DNA of 64,000 nt from Candidatus Multivoradales bacterium (GTDB lineage Bacteria; Acidobacteriota; Thermoanaerobaculia; Multivoradales; JAHEKO01): positions 576,001 to 640,000 of the forward strand of contig CBDCXM010000009.1 in NCBI GenBank assembly GCA_965223855.1, written 5' to 3'. Made by a program: the position numbers and the translations under genes. Below, in pieces: positions 1-9,838 of this stretch. The notes under the pieces are model-generated. The model saw nothing but the letters and a program-made list of their open reading frames with translations, was not told the origin of the DNA and did no database searches. Position 1 is the first letter of the stretch. Each line of letters starts with the position of its first letter.

Positions 1-401
1 ATCTGGTCGTCGATCACCATCACGTCGCCGACGCGATAGTTCGGGTTGAGGCCGCCGGTCGCCTGACTGACGATCAGCAGCTCGGCGCCGAGCGCCTTCA
101 TCACCCGGATCGGCAGCGTGATCTGCTGCAGCGGGTACCCCTCGTAGAGGTGGAACCGGCCCTGCATCGCGACGACGGTGACGCCGTCGAGCGTCCCCAT
201 CACCAGCCGTCCGGCGTGCGACAGCGCCGTCGAGTGCGGGAAGTGCGGCAGGTCCGCGTAGTCGATCGTCATCGGCGACTCGATCTCGTCGGCCACGCCG
301 CCGAGACCGCTGCCGAGGATCAGGCCAGCGTGAGGGGCACCGTCCCATCGTTGTCGGATCGCCGCGACCACGTCGTCGATCCGGCCTCGCAGTTCGAGCA
401 T
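1..401 (-). CDS. Purine nucleoside phosphorylase (PNP I/XapA family), 3' end outside window
   Basis: Manual translation from ATG at 401: MLELRGRIDD...GLILGSGLG...AMQGRFHLYEGY...LPIRVMKALGAELLIVSQATGGLNPNYRVGDVMVIDDQ, typical trimeric PNP motifs. Not in the ORF track because it is truncated. Confidence 0.9.
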   Translation of the reverse strand, partial: MLELRGRIDDVVAAIRQRWDGAPHAGLILGSGLGGVADEIESPMTIDYADLPHFPHSTALSHAGRLVMGTLDGVTVVAMQGRFHLYEGYPLQQITLPIRVMKALGAELLIVSQATGGLNPNYRVGDVMVIDDQ

Positions 402-406
402 TCCGT

Positions 407-769
407 TCAGGCCCTCCCCTCGATCGCCGCTTCCTCGCGGCCGCGCGGCTGCCCATCGACCTCGTCGGCGGCCGCCTCCTGCTGCAGCCAACGCCGGAAC
501 TCCTCGTCGACCGTCGCCGTGATCTTGCGCCGGAAAGGGCGGAAGATCCACGGCACCCTGACGTCGATGTCGTAGCAGTCGTCGCACACCGTGATCCGGC
601 CTCCGATGCGGGTCCCTGAGACCTTGAAGCCGACCTCGGCCGTCTCAGCATCGAGCCACGAGGTGGCGACGTCGTACTCGGCATAGTTCTGCCGGTAGGC
701 GCCCAGGGCGCGATCCAGCAGATCCTTCGCCCGATCGGGGGCGAGCGTGTGGCGAACGGAGTGCTTCAT
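407..769 (-). CDS. Polyhydroxyalkanoic acid system (PHA_gran_rgn)-like small protein
   Basis: 120 aa; N-terminal 'SVRHTL..RAK' and C-terminal 'IDVRVPWIFRPFRRKI..V' pattern resemble this family; co-oriented with PNP. Confidence 0.55.
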   Translation of the reverse strand: MKHSVRHTLAPDRAKDLLDRALGAYRQNYAEYDVATSWLDAETAEVGFKVSGTRIGGRITVCDDCYDIDVRVPWIFRPFRRKITATVDEEFRRWLQQEAAADEVDGQPRGREEAAIEGRA

Positions 770-944
770 CCGGGGTTCCTCGAAGACGCCGGGATGATAG
801 CGCGTGGAGTCGCCACGACCGCGCCGGCACCGCGCATCCCCGCCCGTTTGGTACCCTCACCGAGGCCCGCAGCGGCACCGTCCGCCGCGGTCTCGAAGGG
901 AACGGTGGGACTGGGGAGTCCCGCGAACAGCAAGGGAGATTGGA

Positions 945-1214
945 ATGAAGGTGCGTGTTCCGCGCCCGGAGCGATGGGCCGTGGTCTATCTCGCAAGGGG
1001 AGACTCGGAGCCGGAGCTGCTGGGAGGCTCGGTATCGCTGGCGGGAGCGAAGCAGATTGCCCGCGCCTGGTGGGACCTTCACACCGAGCGCCGGCTCGAC
1101 CGCAGCGACCGCGACTTCGTCGCCGTCTGTGCAGTCCAGGGCGGGCAGATCGACCCGGGGATATGGCATGCCAGACTCGACCGACGGGGTTGGAGCGGAG
1201 TCGACGATCGCTGA
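945..1214 (+). CDS. Hypothetical protein
   Basis: ATG at 945 preceded by AAGGGAG; protein-like composition (MKVRVPRPERWAVVYL...). Confidence 0.45.
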   Translation: MKVRVPRPERWAVVYLARGDSEPELLGGSVSLAGAKQIARAWWDLHTERRLDRSDRDFVAVCAVQGGQIDPGIWHARLDRRGWSGVDDR

Positions 1215-1335
1215 CACTTCCGGCCGGGCCGGCGGGAACCTCCCGCGACCTGGGAGGGTCGAACCAGCCTGACCTCTCACCTCACGCCACCTCGCTCGCC
1301 GGGCCGGTGAAAGTACGCTCTCTGAGGAGCCTGCC

Positions 1336-3642
1336 ATGCCTCGACTCTCAGCCTTCAGCCTCGCCCTGATCCTCGCTCTGGCAGCCGGATCCGTGTTCGC
1401 GGACTGGTCTCACTGGCGAGGGCCCGCGCGCGACGGCGACGCCGGGCCAACCGGCTTCCCACCCGGTTCCGTGACCATGGAAGTGCTGTGGAACCAGGAG
1501 CTCGGCTCGGGGTACTCGAGCGTCTCCGTGGTCGCGGACCTCGCGGTGACGGCAGCGACGATCGGCGACGCCGACTGGGTCGTCGCCTTCGATGCGGCGA
1601 CGGGGCGGAAGCGGTGGCGCTATCGGCTCGGCGACGCCTTTCGCGGCCGCTCCGGTTCCGATGACGGCCCGATGGCGACACCGGCACTCGCGGCCGGCAA
1701 GGTCGTCGCAGTGTCGGGAGAGGGGTCGCTCGTCGTTCTCGACGCGACCAGCGGGCGGGAGCTGTGGAAGCGCGACCTCGTTGCCGACGACGAAGCACGG
1801 GTCGAGGTCTACGGCTACTCGGCCGCGCCGCTCGTCGACGGCGACACAGTGATCGTTCAGCTCGGCTCCGAGAGCGCCATGCTGGCGGCGTTCGCCCTCG
1901 AGGACGGGACGTCGCTGTGGCGTTCCGCGGGGGCGCTTGCGACCCACCACAATCCGTCCATCGTCGAGCTGGCTGGCCGGCGTCAGGTGGTCGCCTCGGG
2001 CGTCACCTCGGTCCACGGTTTCGACGTCACAGACGGCTCGACGTTGTGGAGTCTCGATCTCGAGGACCATTCCGAGAGCGGGGAGATCGTCCCGCTCGGG
2101 ACCGACCGCGTGCTCGTGACCCGCTGGAGCGATGTCCACGCCATCGAAGTGACTGTGGCTGGCGAGGCGATGACGGCGGCGCTCGTGTGGAGCTCGAACA
2201 GCCTCGGCAACACCTACGCGGTACCGGTGGTCCGCGACGGCTACCTCTACGGCCTCAAACGCGGCTTCCTGACCTGCGTCGATGCCGCCACCGGAGAGGT
2301 CGTGTGGCGGTCCAGACCTCCGGGCGGAAACACCATCGTGGCGGCCGGCGGCAGCCTCTTCCTGCTCACCACCGACGGCGAACTCGTCGGGGTCGAGGCG
2401 ACGGCCGACGGCTACCGTGAGACCGGACGCGCGGATCTGTTCGACACCGGCTCCGTTCACACTCCGGCAAGTGCGTCCGGCGGCAGGCTCTTCGTTCGCA
2501 ACCTCCACTCGATCGCCGCCGTCGCCGTCGCTCCCGGGCAGGCACTCGCGGCGACAGGCGAGTCGATCGCCCCCCCAGCCGGCTCCGTTCTCGCCGGGCT
2601 CGCGAGCGACCTCGCCGGCGAAGGTGGAGCTTCGGCCGTCGACGCGTTCCTCGATCGCCACCCGGTGTCGCCGATTCTCGACGGCGAACACGTTCATTTC
2701 GTCTACCGTGGCGACGTCGAGGACCTGGCGCTGCTTGGAGACATGACCGGCGGCAACACCGAGGAGGTGATGCACCGCCTCGGAGACTCCGACCTCTTCT
2801 TCCGCAGCTACCCGTTGCCGGCCGGTGAACGCTGGGAGTACACCCTGCGCGAGTTCGACCGCGGATTTCCCGACCCGCGCAATCCCGACCGGGTGGGCGC
2901 CGAGGGACGGGAGCGCTCGGTCGTTCGGTTCCCGGGCTGGTCGGACCTCGAGACGGCGGCTGAGGCTGCCGGCGAGTTCGCCGAGCACACCCTGCCCGCG
3001 GAGTCGGAGGACGGTGACGAGCTGGCGCTCACGATCTACTCCCCGGCGGCGGCGGGCGACGGTCCGCTACCGATGCTCGTCTGGTTCGACGGCCGGGGGG
3101 CGCAGAGCGACGGCAGGATCCCGCAGACCCTCGACCGCCTCGCGGCGGAGGGCCTGGCAGTGCGGGCCGTCTTCCTGAGACTGCCCGGGAACTACGCCTG
3201 GGAGGTGGGTCTCGACGCGCTCCGAGCGGCGCTGCGCGACAGGATCCTCCCTCTCCTCGACGCGCACTACCCCGCGAGCGGCTCCCGCTTCCTCGTCGCG
3301 CAGGGCTGGACCGCGGAGGTCGCCCTGCCGGTCGCGCTCGAGCTGGGTTTCTCGGGCCTCGCGCTCCAGTCGCCGGTCATCGGCTCGCCGCGGCCGGAGG
3401 CGAGGGTGCGGGAGGCCGCCCCCGGAGTCGACGAGTTCGCCCTCTGGGTCGACTACGGCCGCTTCGACACCACGTACCCGGTGCAAGGCTGGTCCGCCTC
3501 GGGAGCGGCGGGGGACCTGGAGTCTCTGTTCTCCGAACTCGGCTTCCGCGCCACGCGGCTCGAGACCGGAGGAGGCGCCAACTGGACTCGCTGGCGCGGC
3601 GCGACCCCGGCGCTGGTGCGCTCGCTCGCCGGGAACGAGTAG
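1336..3642 (+). CDS. Secreted PQQ-like beta-propeller protein fused to a C-terminal Fes/esterase-like region
   Basis: Signal peptide; DWSHWRGP start; repeated 'AFDAATG..W' propeller motifs; C-terminal 'V.FVYRG..LALLGDM..', 'YTL..DPRNP' and 'IYSP' motifs of enterochelin-esterase-like folds; RBS GAGGAG. Confidence 0.75.
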   Translation: MPRLSAFSLALILALAAGSVFADWSHWRGPARDGDAGPTGFPPGSVTMEVLWNQELGSGYSSVSVVADLAVTAATIGDADWVVAFDAATGRKRWRYRLGDAFRGRSGSDDGPMATPALAAGKVVAVSGEGSLVVLDATSGRELWKRDLVADDEARVEVYGYSAAPLVDGDTVIVQLGSESAMLAAFALEDGTSLWRSAGALATHHNPSIVELAGRRQVVASGVTSVHGFDVTDGSTLWSLDLEDHSESGEIVPLGTDRVLVTRWSDVHAIEVTVAGEAMTAALVWSSNSLGNTYAVPVVRDGYLYGLKRGFLTCVDAATGEVVWRSRPPGGNTIVAAGGSLFLLTTDGELVGVEATADGYRETGRADLFDTGSVHTPASASGGRLFVRNLHSIAAVAVAPGQALAATGESIAPPAGSVLAGLASDLAGEGGASAVDAFLDRHPVSPILDGEHVHFVYRGDVEDLALLGDMTGGNTEEVMHRLGDSDLFFRSYPLPAGERWEYTLREFDRGFPDPRNPDRVGAEGRERSVVRFPGWSDLETAAEAAGEFAEHTLPAESEDGDELALTIYSPAAAGDGPLPMLVWFDGRGAQSDGRIPQTLDRLAAEGLAVRAVFLRLPGNYAWEVGLDALRAALRDRILPLLDAHYPASGSRFLVAQGWTAEVALPVALELGFSGLALQSPVIGSPRPEARVREAAPGVDEFALWVDYGRFDTTYPVQGWSASGAAGDLESLFSELGFRATRLETGGGANWTRWRGATPALVRSLAGNE

Positions 3643-3669
3643 GTAGAACAGCCGGGCCGGACTCCGCCT

Positions 3670-3924
3670 TCAGTCGACGATGCCGACGACCAGCGAGCGC
3701 ATCGGCGCCGAGTCGTCCTCGAGGATCTGCCGCGCACCGTTGCCCTCGTCGAGGACCAGGACCGTCTCTCCGTGCCCGGCACCGATGGCGTCGAGCGCGA
3801 GCAGGTAGCCGTCGGTCGGTCCGCCTTCTTCGTCGAGTCGCTCGACCACCAGCAGCCGGCGACCGTCGATCACCGGGTGGTGGATCGTCGAGACGACGCT
3901 GCCGACGATGCGCCCGAGAATCAT
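3670..3924 (-). CDS. BMC pentamer (EutN/CcmL family vertex protein)
   Basis: MILGRIVGSVVST.H...A.D.IGAG.GETVLV...IVD. Confidence 0.92.
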   Translation of the reverse strand: MILGRIVGSVVSTIHHPVIDGRRLLVVERLDEEGGPTDGYLLALDAIGAGHGETVLVLDEGNGARQILEDDSAPMRSLVVGIVD

Positions 3925-4205
3925 CGCGGTGATTCCCCGTCGAGACGGACGTCGTCGACCAGCCCGACGACGGCGTGGTCGACCGGCACGTACCAGGGGT
4001 CGAGGGTCAGCGCCGCCTCACGACTCTCGACCCAGTAGACGAGTTCGCCGGGGCCCGCCATCCGGGTCCCGTCGGCGCAGACGATCGGCTCGCCCGCCGG
4101 CTGCCGGCGGCGATCGAGGGGCTGGACCCACAGGAGCGGCACCCCTTCGAGGCCGTCGGCGACCAGCGCGGGCACCAGGGTTCCGGTCACCCGTCCCAGG
4201 AGCAT
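3921..4205 (-). CDS. BMC pentamer (EutN/CcmL family vertex protein)
   Basis: ATG at 4205: MLLGRVTGTLV...LLWVQPLD...AGPGELVYWVESREAA...PVDHAVVGLVD. Confidence 0.9.
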   Translation of the reverse strand: MLLGRVTGTLVPALVADGLEGVPLLWVQPLDRRRQPAGEPIVCADGTRMAGPGELVYWVESREAALTLDPWYVPVDHAVVGLVDDVRLDGESPR

Positions 4206-4828
4206 GCGACCTCCTCGGGGTACTCGGCGCCTGCGGGCTCGACTCCGGGGCCGGGCGCGAAGGCGCTGCCGGTGGCGAGCAGCGCGCGCAGGTTGTCGTC
4301 GAGGCGCGGTAGCAGCGAGCGGCCGAGGACGGCCTCGCCGGCGCGCTCGGCGGCCAGCTCGAGGGCGGTCGTCGCGGTCGTCAGATCGCCCGACAGCAAT
4401 CCGACCGCCTTGCCGCCGAGATCGTCGGCGAGGCGTACCTCGACGATCTCGACGTCCGTGCCCTTGACCGCCGCGTCGAGGCCGCGCAGCAGCGCCGGTG
4501 AGGTGGCGCACTCGAGCACCGCGAGTGCGTCGCCGCCCGGCGTGCGGCGCTCGCCGACCACCGCGTCGTGAAGCTGCGGGTGGACGTCGCCCAGGAAGAC
4601 GCCGTCGAGCTCCCTCGCGGAGTCGGCGACCGCGAAGGCGACCTCGGTCGCCGCCACGCTGCCGCCGACGAGGACCAGGTAGCGGCCGGGGTGGACGGTC
4701 CCGGCGCGCAACAGGGCGATCGGTGCCGCCTTGACCATCCGGTCGGCGGCCGCGAGGCCGGCGGCGATGCTCGCCCACTCGACCAGCGCCAGTGCGGCGT
4801 GGCGACGCTCTCCCGCGGCCTTCGCCAT
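4187..4828 (-). CDS. BMC tandem-domain shell protein (BMC-T, PduT-like)
   Basis: ALALVEWASIAAGLAAADRMVKAA...PGRYLVLVGGSVAA; second domain ALAVLEC...LDAAVKGTDV...LGGKA. Confidence 0.88.
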   Translation of the reverse strand: MAKAAGERRHAALALVEWASIAAGLAAADRMVKAAPIALLRAGTVHPGRYLVLVGGSVAATEVAFAVADSARELDGVFLGDVHPQLHDAVVGERRTPGGDALAVLECATSPALLRGLDAAVKGTDVEIVEVRLADDLGGKAVGLLSGDLTTATTALELAAERAGEAVLGRSLLPRLDDNLRALLATGSAFAPGPGVEPAGAEYPEEVACSWDG

Positions 4829-4829
4829 C

Positions 4830-6272
4830 TCAGACGATGCGGAAGTGATCGACCATCACGCAGCGGCGCAGGCGGCTGAAGCTGATCGGCCCGGTCAGGC
4901 CCTCGCCGGTCGGGCTGGCGATGGTGAAGCTGGTGTGGCCCTCGCCTCCCTCGCCGAGACCGGCATAGAACGGACCGTTCTTGGTGAAGATGCTGGTGTT
5001 GATCACCCGGGCCATCTTCGACAGCGCCTCGATGTCGCGCGAGTACATGCCGGACGAATGGCCGAAGCCGTGCTCCGCCTCCTTCGCCAGCTCGATGCCG
5101 CGATCCACGTCGGGGACGGAGGTGACCGGCAGCACCGGCATCATCTGCTCGGTCCACACCAGCGGATGCTCGTTCGGCACGCGCGCCACGGCGAGGCGTG
5201 GGTTGCCGTGACCGGAGATGCCGGCCGCATCGAGAATCACCCCAGCATCCTTGCCGATGAAGTCTTTGTGGACCACCGAGCGGCGACCCGGGCCGCGGTT
5301 CTCGGCAAAGATCGTCCGCTCGACCTTCTCGAGCTCCGCCGGGTCGAGCAGGTAGGCACCGTGGCGCTCCATCTGCGCGACGAGCTCGTCGACGATCGAG
5401 TAGACGGCGATCACTTCCTTTTCGTCGGTGCAGACGATGTTGTTGTCGAACGACGCCCCGGCGACGATCGACCTGCCGGCGTGCTCGAGGTCGGCGGTCT
5501 CATCGACCACCACCGGCGGGTTGCCAGGGCCGGCGCAGATCGCCCGCTTGCCGCTCTTCATCGCCGCGCGCACGACTCCCGTGCCGCCTGTGACCACCAG
5601 CAAACGGATCCCCTTGTGGGTCATCAGCTCCTGCGCCGACTCGATCGTCGGCTGCGCCACGCCGCAGACGACGTTCGGCGGTCCGCCGGCCGCCTGGATC
5701 ACCCGGTGGAGCAGACGGATGTTGTGCTTCGAGCATTCGGCGGCGTTGGGGTGGACGTTGAAGACCACGGTGTTGCCGGCCGAGACCATGGCGATCGTGT
5801 TGCAGATGATCGTCGAGGTCGGATTGGTGGTCGGCGTGATCGCGCCGATGACGCCGTAGGGAGCGTACTCGGTGAGGGTGAGGCCCCGGTCGCCGGTCAC
5901 CGCCTGCGGCGTCAGCGTTTCGACGCCGGCGGTCTTGTTGGTGACCAGCCGGTTCTTGACGATCTTGTCGCTCGTGCGCCCGAGGCCGGTCTCTTCGTGC
6001 GCCATGCGAGCCAGCTCCTCGGCATGCTCGAGCATCGACTCGCGGATCGCCGCGATGATGGTGGTGCGTCGCTCGAGCGACAGCTCATCGAGTCGCCGGA
6101 ACGCCTCCCGGGCCGCAGCGACGGCATCATCGACGGTCGCGAAGATCCCTTCGCCGAGCCCGGCGCCGGTCGACGTCGACGGCACGGATGCCGGTCCGGC
6201 GGAGGCTCCTCCCGCAATCCGCGCCGCCAGCCGGTCGGCGATCCGCTCGACCTGAGCCTCGCTGAGGCTCAC
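4830..6272 (-). CDS. CoA-acylating aldehyde dehydrogenase (EutE/PduP family) with N-terminal encapsulation peptide
   Basis: PYGVIGAITPTTNPT, GPGNPPVVVDETAD, SFDNNIVCTDEKE, EQMMPVLP, FTIASPTGEG motifs; amphipathic N-terminal helix. Confidence 0.93.
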   Translation of the reverse strand: MSLSEAQVERIADRLAARIAGGASAGPASVPSTSTGAGLGEGIFATVDDAVAAAREAFRRLDELSLERRTTIIAAIRESMLEHAEELARMAHEETGLGRTSDKIVKNRLVTNKTAGVETLTPQAVTGDRGLTLTEYAPYGVIGAITPTTNPTSTIICNTIAMVSAGNTVVFNVHPNAAECSKHNIRLLHRVIQAAGGPPNVVCGVAQPTIESAQELMTHKGIRLLVVTGGTGVVRAAMKSGKRAICAGPGNPPVVVDETADLEHAGRSIVAGASFDNNIVCTDEKEVIAVYSIVDELVAQMERHGAYLLDPAELEKVERTIFAENRGPGRRSVVHKDFIGKDAGVILDAAGISGHGNPRLAVARVPNEHPLVWTEQMMPVLPVTSVPDVDRGIELAKEAEHGFGHSSGMYSRDIEALSKMARVINTSIFTKNGPFYAGLGEGGEGHTSFTIASPTGEGLTGPISFSRLRRCVMVDHFRIV

Positions 6273-6568
6273 CCGTCAGCCCCCTTGCTGTAGCGCTCCT
6301 TGCCGTCGGTCTCCCAGCTGTCGACGATCGCCATCACCACGGCGTCGACCGGCTTGCCGTCGGTCGCCGCCGTCTGGCGGGCCGACGAACCGCTGGCGAA
6401 GAGCACCATCTCGCCGACCCCGGCACCGACGCCGTCGACCGCCACGACCGATCCACCGGCCGGCTTGTTGTCCGGCCCGTAGAGACCGAGCATCAGGAAG
6501 CGCAGCCCCCTGAGCTTCTCCTCCTTCTGGGTGGCGACGACGGTGCCGAGCACCTTGGCGAGCTTCAC
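6269..6568 (-). CDS. BMC pentamer (EutN/CcmL family)
   Basis: GTG start: VKLAKVLGTVVATQK...VAVDGVGAGVGEMVLFASGSSAR...PVDAVVMAIVD. Confidence 0.93.
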   Translation of the reverse strand: MKLAKVLGTVVATQKEEKLRGLRFLMLGLYGPDNKPAGGSVVAVDGVGAGVGEMVLFASGSSARQTAATDGKPVDAVVMAIVDSWETDGKERYSKGADG

Positions 6569-6569
6569 G

Positions 6570-6872
6570 CTACTTCTTGGCCTTGGCGGCCTCGGCGTCA
6601 CGTCCCAGCGGGATCACCAGATCGACGTTGGTGTGCGGCCGAGCGATCACATGCACCGCCACGACGTCACCGACTCGCGCCGCCGCCGTCTGCCCGGCGT
6701 CGCATGCCGCCTTCACCGCCGCCACGTCGCCGCGGATGACCGCGGTCGTGTAGCCGCCGCCGGTCTTCTCGTAGCTCACGAGCTCGACCCGCGCCGCCTT
6801 GACCATGGCATCGGCCGCCTCGACCATCGCCGGGAAGCTCCGGCATTCGACCATTCCCAAAGCTTCGGACAT
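6570..6872 (-). CDS. BMC hexamer shell protein (EutM/PduA-like)
   Basis: ALGMVE...[14 protein letters not shown]...[11 protein letters not shown]...VHVIARPH. Confidence 0.95.
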   Translation of the reverse strand: MSEALGMVECRSFPAMVEAADAMVKAARVELVSYEKTGGGYTTAVIRGDVAAVKAACDAGQTAAARVGDVVAVHVIARPHTNVDLVIPLGRDAEAAKAKK

Positions 6873-6929
6873 AGACCTACCTCCTGACCCCCGTGCCGTC
6901 CGGCACGCGGTTGATGACGGGACGGGGCG

Positions 6930-7553
6930 TCACTTCGCCCTCCCGGTGAGACTCTCGATCGCCTGCACGGCCGCGACCTGCGCGACCTCGACGTCTTCTT
7001 CCTCTCCGCCGATGTAGACGCGGCCGAAGCTGCCGACCGCCCGTACCTCGAGGATGTTGATGTTCGCCGCCTTCTCCGCCTCGTTGGCCGCCAGCGCCGC
7101 GTAGGCCGCCGGCTCGCACTCGAGGACGAAGAGCGTCTGCCCTGACAGGATCATGTTGCCGTGGCGCATCCGATTGACGAGCATCGTCTGGGTGTCGGCG
7201 AGATGACGCACCACCTGGTTCGACACCACCCGCGGCTTCATCCGATCCTGCTCGGTCAACCCGAGCGCGTCGAGGATCGCCGCACCCGCCTCCCGGACCT
7301 GGGCCTGAGAGTCGGAGTGGACTTCCAGCATGCCGAAGTGCCGCTCGACGATCTGCATCCCGGGCGTCACGTCGGTCGACTTGAGCGCGACGTCGGTGAT
7401 CCGGTTGACCTCCATCCCGGGTGCGATCTCGATGAAGAGACTCGCCTGCCCAGTGCGGGGCAGATACCCCTTCGAGATCGTCGCCTGGAACGAGGCGAAC
7501 TGCGGCTGCAGAGAATCGAGGATCACGAAGGCCCTCAGATCGACGTCGCTCAT
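6930..7553 (-). CDS. BMC permuted tandem shell protein (BMC-Tdp, CcmP/CsoS1D-like)
   Basis: LRAFVILDSLQPQFASF...IEIAPG..NRITDVALKST..PG.QIVER.FG.LEVH...EPAAYAALAANEAEKAA...GSFGR. Confidence 0.9.
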   Translation of the reverse strand: MSDVDLRAFVILDSLQPQFASFQATISKGYLPRTGQASLFIEIAPGMEVNRITDVALKSTDVTPGMQIVERHFGMLEVHSDSQAQVREAGAAILDALGLTEQDRMKPRVVSNQVVRHLADTQTMLVNRMRHGNMILSGQTLFVLECEPAAYAALAANEAEKAANINILEVRAVGSFGRVYIGGEEEDVEVAQVAAVQAIESLTGRAK

Positions 7554-7569
7554 CGGTTCCTCATCTCCC

Positions 7570-8904
7570 TCAGGCGCTCACGGTGGCCGCCACCGCCTCC
7601 TGGACGATCGCGATCGAGGCGCTGGCACCGAGCCGGGTCGCCCCCGCCTCGATCATCGCCCGCGCATCGCTGTAGGACTTGATGCCGCCGGACGCCTTGA
7701 CCTCCATGCCGGCCGGCCGCACGACCTCGGCCATCAGGGCGACGTCGGCGACCGTTGCGCCGCCGGTCGAGAAGCCGGTCGACGTCTTGACGAAGTGCGC
7801 TCGCGCCTGGCGCGAGAGCTCCGACGCCCGCCTCTTCTCGTCGTCGGTCAGGAGCGCTGTCTCCAGGATCACCTTGCACACAGCGCTACCGTCGCGGCAC
7901 GCCTCGACCACCGCGCGGATGTCGCGCAGCACCAGATCCTCGAGACCGCTCTTCATGGCGCCGACGTTGAGCACCATGTCGATCTCCTTCGCCCCGGCGC
8001 GGATCGCGCGCCGAGCCTCGAACGCCTTGATCTCCGGCTCGTTGGCGCCGAGGGGGAAGCCGACCACCGTGCAGGTGAGCACCTCGGAGCCACGCAGCAG
8101 TCGAGCGGCCAGCGGTACCCAGGTCGGATTGACGCACACCGACCGGAAGTTGTGCTCCCGCGCCTCGGCACAGAGCTTCTCGACCTGGTCCTGGGTCGCG
8201 TCGGGTTTGAGCAGCGTGTGGTCGATGTAGCGGGCGAGGTCTTCAGGGATCCGCCCCGGCGGCTCGACCTCGGCGACACTGGTGAGCCCGGTTGCTCCCA
8301 GGCGGATCAGGCCACGGGCCGTCTCGGGGCAGTCGCCGACGCACTGCCCGGCAGGCTGCCCGACCGACCCGAGCTTGGCGTGAAGCCGGGCGATCACCCG
8401 CTCGAGGTCGTGCTCCGACAGCGCAGGTTCACCTCCGGCTGCCGCCGGAGCCACCGCGGGCCCCCCGGCGCCGGCGCCGTCGCCGATCATCGCCACCCGC
8501 TTGCGATGGCGCGGCTCGGTGCACTCCGTGGCAAGCCAGACGTCGACGATCTGACGCGCCAGCCCCGGCCCGATCAACGCGGCGCCGAGGGTCAGGACGT
8601 TGGCGTCGTTGTGCTCACGACTGTTGCGCGCGCTCGACACGTCGTAGGCGAGCGCAGCCCGCACGCCCGGCACCTTGTTGGCCGCCATCGAAGAACCGAT
8701 GCCTGCGCCGTCGATCATGATCCCGACGTCGGCACGCCCCTCCGCCACCGCCTCGGCCACCGCGCGGGCGAACACCGGGTAGTCAACCGCGTCGGTGGTC
8801 GAGGTCCCGAGGTCGGTCACCTGGTGCCCGGCCGCCGTCAGATGCCAGGTCAACGCCGCCTTGAGCTCGACTCCACCGTGGTCGGCACCGATGGCGATTC
8901 TCAC
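7570..8904 (-). CDS. deoC: Ribose-5-phosphate isomerase B / deoxyribose-phosphate aldolase fusion (RpiB-DeoC)
   Basis: N-terminal [42 protein letters not shown]; C-terminal [47 protein letters not shown]. The GTG start overlaps the upstream TGA. Confidence 0.93.
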   Translation of the reverse strand: MRIAIGADHGGVELKAALTWHLTAAGHQVTDLGTSTTDAVDYPVFARAVAEAVAEGRADVGIMIDGAGIGSSMAANKVPGVRAALAYDVSSARNSREHNDANVLTLGAALIGPGLARQIVDVWLATECTEPRHRKRVAMIGDGAGAGGPAVAPAAAGGEPALSEHDLERVIARLHAKLGSVGQPAGQCVGDCPETARGLIRLGATGLTSVAEVEPPGRIPEDLARYIDHTLLKPDATQDQVEKLCAEAREHNFRSVCVNPTWVPLAARLLRGSEVLTCTVVGFPLGANEPEIKAFEARRAIRAGAKEIDMVLNVGAMKSGLEDLVLRDIRAVVEACRDGSAVCKVILETALLTDDEKRRASELSRQARAHFVKTSTGFSTGGATVADVALMAEVVRPAGMEVKASGGIKSYSDARAMIEAGATRLGASASIAIVQEAVAATVSA

Positions 8905-9245
8905 GACCACACCTCCGAGTCGTCGCGACGTTCCGAGGCGAGCACCGGCCGGATCACCCCTTCCTCGCTCTCGAGCACCGACTGGAGCGTCCGAACATGA
9001 AATCGCAGCCGCTCGAGCCCGAGCTCGGTCATCCGGAACTCGGTCACCGAACGCCGACCCCGCAGCCCCTTGCGGATGTCGATGTATCCGGCATCGGCCA
9101 GCTTGTTGGTCTGCACATGGAGATTGCCGTCGGCAAGACCGGTCTCGCGCTTGAGCTCGGTGAAGCGCACCGCCTCGCCGGGGGCCAGGGTGGCCAGAAT
9201 GGCGAGCCGCGCAGGGGAGGTGATCATCTCGTCGAACTGTGGCAA
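8901..9245 (-). CDS. Winged-helix transcriptional regulator (ArsR/MarR-like) heading the BMC operon
   Basis: ARLAILATL...[16 protein letters not shown]...[10 protein letters not shown]...T..G. Confidence 0.85.
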   Translation of the reverse strand: MPQFDEMITSPARLAILATLAPGEAVRFTELKRETGLADGNLHVQTNKLADAGYIDIRKGLRGRRSVTEFRMTELGLERLRFHVRTLQSVLESEEGVIRPVLASERRDDSEVWS

Positions 9246-9396
9246 CGCAGGGGCTTACGAGCTGTTTTTACTTCGTCTCTTGAAGTATTGCTCGCTACAG
9301 ACGCAGCAGTCAAGCTTTGCGGCCGCCCAATGCTGCCTAAACTTCACATTTTGAAGTAATGCGGCTCCACTGGCGTGGGGGCTTCTCGGATCGACC

Positions 9397-9520
9397 GGCG
9401 TCCGGCCGACCGAGGGATCCTTGCGACAGGGACGTCGCCCCGCTTTCAGGTGTGGCTCGGGACGGCTCGAACGAGGCATCTGATGCCCTGCTGCAAGGTT
9501 CCCTCGGTCGGCCGGACGCC
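9397..9520 (+). repeat. Structured repeat copy 1 (long hairpin with conserved core at 9427-9490)
   Basis: Outer arms GGCGTCCGGCCGACCGAGGGATCCTTGC / GCAAGGTTCCCTCGGTCGGCCGGACGCC enclose CAGGGACGTCGCCCC...GCTCGAACGAGGCATCTGATGCCCTG. Confidence 0.8.
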
Positions 9521-9623
9521 TATGTGGGTGAGACTTCGGGCCGGCTCGCAGTTCGCGGGTGGACTTGTCGAAGCAGGGGCATCGAGCTTTTCGAGCCTTC
9601 TCGCGGTTCGAGCCGGCACTCTC

Positions 9624-9732
9624 GACTCTGCTCAGGCTCCCCCCGCAGGGATGTCGCCCTGCTGTTCAGGGTGAAGCCGGTCTGCTCGAACGAGGGTACT
9701 CATACCCTGCGGCTGGGAGCCTGGGCAGGGTC
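9624..9732 (+). repeat. Structured repeat copy 2
   Basis: GACTCTGCTCAGGCTCCC / GGGAGCCTGGGCAGGGTC arms enclose CAGGGATGTCGCCCT...GCTCGAACGAGGGTACTCATACCCTG. Confidence 0.8.
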
Positions 9733-9838
9733 TCGGTTGCCTACGGTTCGTTGCGGGGATGGAGAAGGGGTTCGACGAGATTAGAGAGAGGGGAGGACCC
9801 CCCTCCCGTCCCAGTGGTGCGCACCGGTACCGTGCGTA

